Part shown: in pieces, positions 1-8,442 of the stretch | Numbering within the stretch: the stretch's first letter is position 1 | Layout of the letters: each line of letters begins with the position of its first letter | Origin: Gemmatimonadales bacterium | Lineage (GTDB): Bacteria; Gemmatimonadota; Gemmatimonadetes; Gemmatimonadales; GWC2-71-9 | Direction of reading: 5' to 3' | Assembly: GCA_965249575.1 (NCBI GenBank) | Contig: OZ252244.1 | Span: 2,880,001-2,944,000, forward strand | DNA length: 64,000 nt | Program-made: the position numbers and the translations under genes | The notes under the pieces: model-generated | The model's database searches: none | Told to the model about the DNA's origin: nothing | The model's input: the letters and a program-made list of their open reading frames with translations, nothing else

Positions 1-71
1 CCACCGAAAGGGGCCGTGAACTGCGCTACGCCGCGGTCGAGGACCCGGGCGCGTCCCCAGCCGTCATCTGA
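1..71 (+). CDS. 3' end of a CDS running in from the left edge (...TERGRELRYAAVEDPGASPAVI*), product unknown
   Basis: Open frame from base 3 to TGA at 69-71 with GC-rich third positions; convergent with the cupin gene. Confidence 0.4.
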   Translation, partial: TERGRELRYAAVEDPGASPAVI

Positions 72-84
72 GTTGGAGCCGCGG

Positions 85-521
85 TCATCGGGGCCGCTCC
101 GTCCGGGCCGTTTCACCGTCACGACCGAGCGCCGCGATCTTCTCGAGCCATTCCTTTGACGGTATCACGCACAAGAAACCGAGCGGGCCCTCACCGATGC
201 TCTCGAACTGGTGCTGCTCGTTTTGCGCGATGTACACCACGTCACCGACCTTGAGCTCGTAAACTTCCCCACCCAAGACCAGCCGTGCCCGGCCTTCCAG
301 GATGAAGACCCCGTGGTCGTGGAGGTGATGTTCGAAGGAGGTGTGCCCGCCCTCGGGGACCTCGAATAACGAATGCAGAAATGCCTGGCTCCATCCCGGG
401 GGCCTGCGAGCACGTGGCGTCGGGTGCCCGCGGACGCCCCTTCACCTTCGTAGCGCTTGGCTTCGACGCCCTCCCACCGAAACACGCCACCTTCAACGAC
501 TCGCTTGTGCACGCCTCCCAT
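85..521 (-). CDS. Cupin-domain protein, split by an apparent 1-nt frameshift near 365
   Basis: Restoring one T joins ORFs 165..521 and 85..276 into ...HFCIRYFEVPEGGHTSFEHHLHDHGVFILEGRARL...GDVVYIAQNEQHQF, which has both cupin motifs. Confidence 0.85.
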
Positions 522-896
522 ATCTGTCCCCCGTCGTATGAAACTCAGTACCGGACCGCCGTGGAGGTCCCGTACACTGATCCGCCAGTTCGCTCGAATT
601 GGACCGTATGAGGTGTCATGCTCGGGCTCGGAACGAAGTCAGGCCGCTTCACGTGATCGAGTCCGGCGCCTCGATTTCAGCCAAGGGAAGATCCAAAGTG
701 GTTCGGGTGGGTTGGTGGTTGCGTTGCAAGCAAGATAGGCCGGGGGCGGTAGACGCGTCTAGCGAGCGGTGGGTGCGGCCGAGTGCGGAGCCCGTCGATC
801 CGCTGGCCCGCGTAGCCTTGCCACCCGGCCGGATATGTCATTCTGGAGCCGCTGCGTCGTCCGGGGTTCCTGCCCCTTGGAATCGGTGAGGAGATC

Positions 897-2627
897 ATGA
901 CGTTGGGCTCTTGGCCACAATCCGTTGCAGATTTCTTCCGGCGACTCCGCCTCGACAGCATCAAGAGCAGGACCGTTCTGTTCGCGATCCTCGCGACCCT
1001 CATCCCGTCGCTGAGCACGGCCTGGATCTCGTATACCCAAAACTGGCGCGCTCTCACGGAGAAGATCACCGGAGAGCTCGTGAGCGTCAGCGCCCAAGCC
1101 GCGCGAGAAATGGATCTGTGGCTCAAGTTGCGCATTTACGATGTACGGGTATTCGCGAGTTCATACGAGGTTTCAGAGAACGTCGACGGCATCCTGCGTG
1201 GCAGGCGCCAAACGGTGGAAGCCGCAGCCGCGCTGGCCCGGTTGAAGGACTACCTCGGCTCCGTGCAGGATCGCTTCGTCGATTATCAAGAGCTCCTCGT
1301 TGTGGACCCCGAGGCCAGTCTGATCGCGACGGGCACCGGGGACAGCAGTGCGCTCAATCTGCCGGCCGACTGGCTCGGCGAGGTCCAACGCGATCAAGCC
1401 GTGTTGGGCGACGCGTACTGGGACGCGTCGGCCGGTAAGGCACTGGTCATGGTCGCCGTGCCGATCAAGGCGGCGGACGGGCGCTTCGTTGGCGCGCTGG
1501 CGGCAAAACTCGACCTCGGTGCCGTCGCTGGTATCCTGCAGAGTTTCTCGCCCGGAGCGTCCGGCCGGATCTATCTCGTCACCGGCGCCGGCGAGCTGGT
1601 GATCAGCTCCGAAGCAACCTCTGCGGGCTTCTTGAGTTCGGCGCTGAGCGACGCCGCCGCCCAGCGCCTGTTTGCCAACGAAGGTGTCGCGCTCGAGTAC
1701 GATGATCCCATGGGCACGAACGTCATCGGGATTCTGAAACAGGCGCCGCGGCTCGGATGGGCGGTCGTGGCGGAGGTCCCAGAGGCGGAAGCGTTCGCCC
1801 AAGTCAAACGCCTTAGGAATCTGACCGCGCTGCTGGTGTCGGGCTTGCTCTTGGGGATCGGGCTGATCGCCTACTGGCTCGGGCTGATGATTGTGCGTCC
1901 GCTGGACCGCCTGACGACGGGTGCTGGGGAGGTCGCCACCGGTGATTTGGCCGTGGATCTACCCATCGAGGGGGGCGGTGAGGTGGCAGACTTGACCAGA
2001 GTGTTCAATCATATGGTCGCCCGACTTCGAAAGGGCCGGCAGGAGCTCGACGCGACCAACGAGGCGTTGAGTCGGAAGAACGAGGAACTCGCACGACTCT
2101 CGGCTGTTGATGGCTTGACCGGACTCTACAACAGACGCCACGTCATGGAGACGTTGGCGAACGAGTCTCGGCGGGCCTTGCGGCTCCGCCACCCGTACGC
2201 GGTCCTCATGATCGATGTCGACCACCTCAAGAAATACACCGACAGCCACGGCCACCTGGCGGGCGACGAGGTGCTCACTCGGTGTGCGTCGGTGGCGCGC
2301 GAGTCAACGCGCGAGGTAGACTGCGCGGCTCGCTACGGGGGGGAAGAATTCTTGATCCTGCTTCCCGAGACCGCTCTGGACAGGGCGGCAGAGGTAGCCG
2401 AGCGTGTGCGAGCCCGCATGGAGAGCGAGACGTTCCAGGTGAATGGCAAGGTCAGTTCGGTGACACTGAGCCTAGGTGCGGCGGAGTTCCCCAAGGACGG
2501 GGATACGCCGGAGAAGGTTATTGCGAGCGCCGATGCCGCGCTGTATCGCGCGAAGCAGCGGGGTCGGAATCGCGTCGCCCGGACGACGCGGCAGCGGGCG
2601 AAGAAAGAAGCCGAGGGGAGCGCGTGA
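897..2627 (+). CDS. Membrane diguanylate cyclase (dCache-like sensor, HAMP, GGDEF)
   Basis: Two TM segments flank a periplasmic domain; HAMP (RPLDRL...GDLAVDLP...EVADLTRVFNHM); DGLTGLYNRR; RxxD I-site (REVD); RYGGEEF; ADAALYRAK. Confidence 0.93.
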   Translation: MTLGSWPQSVADFFRRLRLDSIKSRTVLFAILATLIPSLSTAWISYTQNWRALTEKITGELVSVSAQAAREMDLWLKLRIYDVRVFASSYEVSENVDGILRGRRQTVEAAAALARLKDYLGSVQDRFVDYQELLVVDPEASLIATGTGDSSALNLPADWLGEVQRDQAVLGDAYWDASAGKALVMVAVPIKAADGRFVGALAAKLDLGAVAGILQSFSPGASGRIYLVTGAGELVISSEATSAGFLSSALSDAAAQRLFANEGVALEYDDPMGTNVIGILKQAPRLGWAVVAEVPEAEAFAQVKRLRNLTALLVSGLLLGIGLIAYWLGLMIVRPLDRLTTGAGEVATGDLAVDLPIEGGGEVADLTRVFNHMVARLRKGRQELDATNEALSRKNEELARLSAVDGLTGLYNRRHVMETLANESRRALRLRHPYAVLMIDVDHLKKYTDSHGHLAGDEVLTRCASVARESTREVDCAARYGGEEFLILLPETALDRAAEVAERVRARMESETFQVNGKVSSVTLSLGAAEFPKDGDTPEKVIASADAALYRAKQRGRNRVARTTRQRAKKEAEGSA

Positions 2628-2661
2628 TCGCCAGAACCCCATTGGTCAGGATGGCGGCTCG

Positions 2662-3441
2662 CTAACGGCTCTCCACAAGGCTATGAAAGATCCACCCACC
2701 GCGCCCGTCGTCGTCACTCACGCGAACCCATTGCTCCATGAAGGAACGCCCAGTCAGGGCCGTGCCCTGGTCCAAGGTAAAGAGGACCTTGTGACGAAGG
2801 CTTGGGCCGTCGCGGACGTTGCTTCGGCGAACTACCTTGAGGGGTAGTGGCAGGGCGAAGAGCGTTTCGCCGGGACGCGTTGCCGATTCACCATTCTTCA
2901 AGCGCCCTTCGCCGGTCCTGGCGAGTGCCCGCGCCTGTGTCGCGAGATAGAGGGAACCTCCATAGTTCTGCTGGCTGAACTCCTGGGCGCTCGATTCGAG
3001 TAACCGCTGGGTCTGCGAGATCTCAGGGGCGGGCTCGTCCCCCGCCGCTCCCTTGAGAGCCTCGATCGCGATTTCCGCCTCGGCGATGCCCGAGGCTGCC
3101 TCCGCCCGAGTCGCCAGGCTCTGGAGCTTGGCCATGGCCCGCACAACCTCCTGCCTCGCTTCTTCGAGCCTGACTTGCAACTCCTCGACCTGCGCATCCT
3201 TCTCGAGGATGCGCAACGGCAAACCCGCTATCTGTTGCTCGAGCTCGGGATCTGTGACCACTATCGTGTCGACTTCGACCACCGGAGCTACGGCAACCGG
3301 CTCCTGAGCGGGCGTGGGGGCCTCGGGAGGAGGGCTCTTAGCCGCGCACGCGCCGAGCACTGCGCACGACGCCGCGAAGACGGGCAGCCGGTGGCGCCCC
3401 CAGGGGCCAAGTCCGTACCATGGTTTCGCAGACCCTTGCAT
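2662..3441 (-). CDS. Putative lipoprotein with coiled coil and C-terminal SH3b-like domain
   Basis: GGAGG upstream of ATG 3441; lipobox-like LGAC; coiled-coil middle; C-terminal NVRDGPS...VLFTL...WVRV...GWIF. Confidence 0.7.
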   Translation of the reverse strand: MQGSAKPWYGLGPWGRHRLPVFAASCAVLGACAAKSPPPEAPTPAQEPVAVAPVVEVDTIVVTDPELEQQIAGLPLRILEKDAQVEELQVRLEEARQEVVRAMAKLQSLATRAEAASGIAEAEIAIEALKGAAGDEPAPEISQTQRLLESSAQEFSQQNYGGSLYLATQARALARTGEGRLKNGESATRPGETLFALPLPLKVVRRSNVRDGPSLRHKVLFTLDQGTALTGRSFMEQWVRVSDDDGRGGWIFHSLVESR

Positions 3442-3497
3442 GTTCCCTCCGTCACGCGGGGGCAGGCGCCGAAACGGCGCTAAGGCGCTCGCTCGTC

Positions 3498-3947
3498 TCA
3501 AAACCACCTGCGCACCACTTTCTTGTACTCAGCGTACCGCCCGCCGAATCGACTCGAGAGTGCAGCCTCCTCGACCGCGATGAACCGGGCTTCGACCAAC
3601 CATACGAACACCGGAACGATCGCGAATGGGGTCAACGTGCCCAAGAGCATGCCCACCCCGAACAACACGAATACCATCCCGGAATACATTGGGTTCCGAC
3701 TGTAGGCGAACGGTCCGTCAACCACCAGGGCCGCCGATTCTTCGAACGGCTTGATGGTCGTGCCGCGACGATCGAACAACCTCGCTGCAACCGCGGCAAG
3801 CGCCACACCGGCGGCTACGGGAACCGCTCCCAAGTATCGCCACGGCGACCCGAGCACTCGGGTCACGGGAGCGAAGTGGTGGAGCTCTGTCATGACGATC
3901 ATGGCTCCCAAAAAATACACCGGGGGGTAAATTCTCCGCTTGCTCAT
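3498..3947 (-). CDS. Isoprenylcysteine carboxylmethyltransferase/phospholipid methyltransferase family membrane protein
   Basis: LVVDGPFAYSRNPMYSG and EEAAL..RFG..YAEYKKVVRRW motifs; GGAG before ATG 3947. Confidence 0.88.
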   Translation of the reverse strand: MSKRRIYPPVYFLGAMIVMTELHHFAPVTRVLGSPWRYLGAVPVAAGVALAAVAARLFDRRGTTIKPFEESAALVVDGPFAYSRNPMYSGMVFVLFGVGMLLGTLTPFAIVPVFVWLVEARFIAVEEAALSSRFGGRYAEYKKVVRRWF

Positions 3948-4367
3948 GCGCCCAGTCTCCTGAGACGGCGATCGCACTCGGGGTGCCTCACGCCGCCGGC
4001 CGGACCGTTGCCCAGCGGTGACGGTGAGGGCTGGCTCGCTGATGTGAGTGGCCCCCGTGACGGGATTGTCGTCCAGCCCCTTCAATAATATGAGTGTCGG
4101 TAGCAGCCCGTGGGAACGGCTGTGTTCACATGCCGCCCGGTCCGTGTATCGGAAGGGATCGCCGGAGCCTGTTGTCACGTGTAAACAACTGTGAATGAAC
4201 GACTTAGGGTCGCATCACAAAGAGTGGACCAACCGCGGGCGTAACGCCTGTACGTCAGGGGTAAAGGCCGGTGGCGGCTGTGGCACACCGAAAGCCGCAC
4301 GGTAGCCCGGAACGTTTTATCTTGGAAGATAGAGCCCGAATTCGAGCACCAAGAGCGGGGGATCACG

Positions 4368-6069
4368 GTGGCGACTGTTTCGGAACTCAAGGCGCAAGCG
4401 CGCGTACTCGAGCAACAGGGTCAACTGTCCAAGGCGCTGGCGATCTACCAGCACATCCTCAAGCACATCGAGGGGACTCCCAGCCTGCTTCGAGAGCTCC
4501 CTCTTTACGTCAAGGCCGGCGATCTCCAGCTCAAACTGGATGAGCGGGATTCCGCAGTCGAAATGTACGAGCGGGCGGCCGAGCACTATGCGTCGCACGG
4601 GTCTGCGAAAAGCGTGATTGCCTTGTGCACGAAGGTGCTGCGGGCTGTCCCCAAGCGGACAGATGTGTACTTGCGCTTTGCCCGGTTGATGATGGAGCGC
4701 CAACATGTCGCGGCAGCCCGGGACGTACTCCTCGCCTATGCCGAAACCGCCAAGCTAGCGAAGACACACGATGCGCTGGAGCTCCTCGGCGACCGTCCAG
4801 ATGCAGAGGCGGTCCCAGTACTCGAGATGCTACTCGAGGCCGCGGCGCGGGATGAGCGGGCTGCGACCGAACGCACCGCCGAGCGGGTGTCGATTCAGCT
4901 CGCGCGCATACGTGACGAGCCAGAGCCTCCGGTTCAGGAGGCAATCCCGTCTCCTCCCGAGCGGGAACCCGAGGAACCCGAGGAACCCGAGGAACCCGAG
5001 GAGTCAGAGGAGCCTGACGAGGCCGTGTCGGACGATGCCGACAAGCCGGACGGCGCGGCCGCTGTCCGCGGCACGCCAAAACCCGTGGGGCCGGGGCCCG
5101 TTGGCGTGTTCGATCCCAACAAGCCGATTGCGACCCACGACGACGAGCTAGCCGGCGTTGGGGGGAGTGACTTGGGTCGGCGAGTGTCGGGGGCGTCGCG
5201 CGCTAGCCCTACCGACGCCGCCGATGCGCGAGGTTTCGAGCCGAGGGTACCGTCGCGCCGGCCGGCGTTTGCCCCCGATGCAGAGCACCATGGTGTCCTC
5301 ATCGAGGACGATGAAGGCGGCCGGAAGTCCCGCGGCTGGATGTGGGGTGCGGCGGCGACGGTCGTTGTGTTGGGTGGGGTGGGCCTCGTCTTCTCCGGAG
5401 TGATCCCGATCGGCGGGTCGGAGAGTCAGACAGCTTCGTTGCCGGTGCTGCCAGCCAGCCCGGCCTTGCCCCCAGCCGACAACGACAGCGCGGTTGCACC
5501 GGCCAGGCGTTGCCGCCGATACCGTGCCGTCGTTGGAGGGGGGCCAGGACACGCTGGTGGCCGCGCTGGGCGACACGGGCCTGTCGGTTGCGACGGTGGA
5601 TACGGCTCTGCGGCGAACCCCTGTTGCGATCCCGGATTCACTGGCAGCGCCCGCGCCGGCCGAGGCCCTTGCGAGGTTGCGGGACAGCCTTCCCCAACCA
5701 CTGGCTGCTGCGCCGGTGAACGTCGTTCCGACGCTTCCTACACCCCCATCGGTCCCGACGCCGGCGGGCGGTGGAGGCCGAATCATCATGGTGGATGGAC
5801 TCGAGGTCGATCATGTGAATCGGGGGGGTGGCGGCAGCTACCAAGTCGTCCAGATTCTCGATTCGGGAGAGCCGCTTACGCTGTCGGTTGGGCCGTTTGA
5901 TCCGGTGGTCGCGGCGGCAGGGGGCGTCGTTGTGACGAGCCTGCCGGGTGACACTTCCCTTGCAACACTTCCATTTGCTGGGAATACGGTCAGCGCGCGG
6001 GGAAGGGTGAATCCGGACACACTCGAAGTATTGCTTGGCCGCCTCGTACGGGGAACGTCCCCGAACTAG
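4368..6069 (+). CDS. Bitopic protein: N-terminal TPR-like helices, acidic/Pro-rich linker, one TM helix, extracytoplasmic C-terminal domain; frameshift near 5505
   Basis: ORF 4368..5900 reads well up to ...NDSAVAPA, then loses codon bias; the plausible sequence continues in the frame of ORF 5494..6069 (GVAADTVPSL...). Confidence 0.7.
4965..5000 (+). repeat. In-frame 9-bp tandem repeat (GAACCCGAG)x4 encoding (EPE)n
   Basis: gaacccgag repeated four times, directly visible. Confidence 0.9.
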
Positions 6070-6318
6070 CCAGCTCCCGGGAAAAGGGGCGGAAAGGTGT
6101 CGGGAGTCGTCAGCTCGTCCTAGCGAATTCGCCCTCCGTCGGTGCCTTTGGCGCCGCAAACGCGGTGCGACGAAATGGCGGCCAATTACTAGCCGATCCC
6201 AAAAACCCACAACGACGTATACGGCCACGATGGCCCCCGGCTCCTTCTTGGCGACCCGAGGTATCTCCGGACCCGGAACGGCTTTGTGCGTGAAACCGCC
6301 GAGAGAGGAGGCCACGAC

Positions 6319-6951
6319 ATGACCGAAACAGCTGGGAGACCACCGGCCTGGTGGGGACGAGGGCTCCTCTTCGAGAACTGTAATTGCCAGATCATTTGCC
6401 CCGGCCACGTGCACTTCGATCAACTCTGCACTCATGATCGCTGCAGCGGGTACTGGGCGATTCGTTTCGACGAGGGCGAGTTCGACGGCACCCGGCTCGA
6501 CGGGTTGAGTGCTGTGATCGCTTACGACAGTCCTCAGCACATGATCGATGGGGACTGGACACAGGTGATCCTGGTTGATGTGGGGGCCTCGGCCGATCAG
6601 CGGCGGGCTATCGAGGCCATCCTCGAGGGGCGCGCGGGAGGGCCATGGGAGATTCTGGCTCGGTTCGTGGGGAAGCGTTTACCCACGCGCTACTTGCCCA
6701 TCCGGATAGAGGACGACGGGAGTCAGAAGTCGGTCAAAGTCGATGGTCTCCTCGACGGCACGATCGAGACCATACGGGGGCGGGACCGGTCGAAATCCGT
6801 GACGTTCGAGAACATGTTCAACCAGATCCACGCAAGCTCGCAGGTGATCGCGCATGGGGCGACCCAGTACGACGATGGTGAGATCGTCGTCAATACCGCG
6901 CGCACTCATGCACTATTCTCCCAATTCAACTGGCTGGTCACGTCTTCATGA
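6319..6951 (+). CDS. DUF1326 family protein
   Basis: ENCNCQIICP, C-x-G-x-W-x-x-x-FDEG, GDW..ILVD..AS..QRRAIEAIL.G..GGPW; AGGAGG before ATG 6319. Confidence 0.88.
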   Translation: MTETAGRPPAWWGRGLLFENCNCQIICPGHVHFDQLCTHDRCSGYWAIRFDEGEFDGTRLDGLSAVIAYDSPQHMIDGDWTQVILVDVGASADQRRAIEAILEGRAGGPWEILARFVGKRLPTRYLPIRIEDDGSQKSVKVDGLLDGTIETIRGRDRSKSVTFENMFNQIHASSQVIAHGATQYDDGEIVVNTARTHALFSQFNWLVTSS

Positions 6952-7733
6952 CTGGCGTGGCGCTCCGAGGGGCGTCCGGGCGGATAGCGGAACGCTGGAG
7001 TCGGCTCGTCGTAAGTCTGGCAGCGGGGCTACTCATCGTGTCCGCGTGGTCGGTGCTCTTGTACAACCGATCATCGACCTCGCAAGAATGGTCCGGAGCG
7101 TTTTCACCCCACACCCCCGCCGCCGAGCCCCCGCTGCTGCTGCTGTCGTTCGCGATGTGGCTCCTGATGTCCGTGGCGATGATGCTTCCGCCGGTCATGC
7201 CCTGGATCCTGCTGTTCGAAACGGCGGGGCGGCGTCGCGGTCCACGGTCCGAGCCGTACGTCCCCGTAACGGCATTCGTTGGTGGGTACTTTGGAGTCTG
7301 GTCAGTTTACAGCTTGGGCGCGGCGGTCGTGCAAGTTACCCTGCCGACACTTGCCTGGCCGGACGCAGGTCTTGGCCGTCGCGCCGCGGGTCTGGTGCTC
7401 ATCGTCGCTGGCGCGTTCCAGTTCAGTCCTTACAAGGCCGCCTGCCTAGCGCACTGTCGCAGTCCCCTGGCCTTCTTTCTATCCCAGTGGCGTGACGGCC
7501 CGGTCGGCGCCTTCCAGATGGGTTTCCGGCACGGGCTCTTTTGCCTGGGTTGCTGTTGGGCTCTGATGTCGATCTCGCTCGCACTCGGCATGATGAATCT
7601 GGTGTGGATGGCCGTTCTCACGCTGGTGCTCTGTGTCGAAAAGATGGCTCCCAAGGGCCTCGAGGTTGGGAGGGTCGTGGGAACGGCTCTGGTGGGCTGG
7701 GGGGTGTGGTTCCTCCTGCGCGCGGCCGGCTAA
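6948..7733 (+). CDS. DUF2182 family predicted metal-binding integral membrane protein
   Basis: MW..M.VAMMLP, FQFSPYK.ACL.HCRSP, G.RHGLFCLGCCWALM, GMMNLVWM motifs; ATGA overlap with the DUF1326 gene. Confidence 0.92.
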   Translation: MTGVALRGASGRIAERWSRLVVSLAAGLLIVSAWSVLLYNRSSTSQEWSGAFSPHTPAAEPPLLLLSFAMWLLMSVAMMLPPVMPWILLFETAGRRRGPRSEPYVPVTAFVGGYFGVWSVYSLGAAVVQVTLPTLAWPDAGLGRRAAGLVLIVAGAFQFSPYKAACLAHCRSPLAFFLSQWRDGPVGAFQMGFRHGLFCLGCCWALMSISLALGMMNLVWMAVLTLVLCVEKMAPKGLEVGRVVGTALVGWGVWFLLRAAG

Positions 7734-7785
7734 CACTCGGCCAAGCACCCGCGGTAGGTTCTTGGATCGGCCCAGGTCTCGCCAG

Positions 7786-8373
7786 TTATCGCTCGCGGCT
7801 GCACGATGCCTCAAGGTCCGCTCCCCGGAGCAGCCGGCAGATCGCCATCGTTCGGCTTGGCGTGTCGGTGACGATGAGGCTGTTCGTGGCTGAATCCGCC
7901 GTGATACGCCCCCGAGCGGACAGAACGGACTGCAGCGCGGTGGCCAGCGCGGGGGCTCGAGCCCAGTTCAGTCGTATGAGCGTTGTGTGTAGCGGCCCGA
8001 TCGAGCCACGCGCGGACAACGCTGCGCTGCTATAAACCCGGATAATGCCGGGCACAGATTCCAATGCCGAAAGGCCCTGCGCCTCCAGGATGGCCTCCAG
8101 GGCGACGTCCCACGGCTGATCGGTGATTTCGGCGGTGACTGAGCCGTCAAGCCCGGCGCCAAGCACAATCGTCTTACCGCTCAAAACGGCGAAGGCTGCC
8201 AGGACGTCGGCCAGTGGGGCGGAGTCCCACGTCGTCGCAACGAGGGGTCGATCGGCGGCGATGAGCCCCTGCGCCTGGAGTGTGGCGTGAGGCCACAATG
8301 CGCCCACGAACGCGGCGGACATCAGCCACCGCGAGTGGTGTCGGTGCCGTCGACGAGATCCCGGCCGGGTCAT
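7786..8373 (-). CDS. Short exported protein made only of PilQ/secretin N-terminal domains, with no secretin barrel
   Basis: Signal peptide (ends AQG); APLADVL..FA.LSGKTIV...VTAEI.DQPWDVALEAIL and LSARGRITADSATNSLIVTD motifs; only 195 aa. Confidence 0.72.
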   Translation of the reverse strand: MTRPGSRRRHRHHSRWLMSAAFVGALWPHATLQAQGLIAADRPLVATTWDSAPLADVLAAFAVLSGKTIVLGAGLDGSVTAEITDQPWDVALEAILEAQGLSALESVPGIIRVYSSAALSARGSIGPLHTTLIRLNWARAPALATALQSVLSARGRITADSATNSLIVTDTPSRTMAICRLLRGADLEASCSRER

Positions 8374-8442
8374 AGGTATCTCAATTGTAGCGAGTCGGAC
8401 AACCGGTGACGCCTGGCACCCGACCTGACTCGGACGCCGGTT

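Noticed and set aside
4965..5000. CRISPR array or phase-variation tract
   Set aside because: Spacerless in-frame 9-mer encoding a low-complexity linker.
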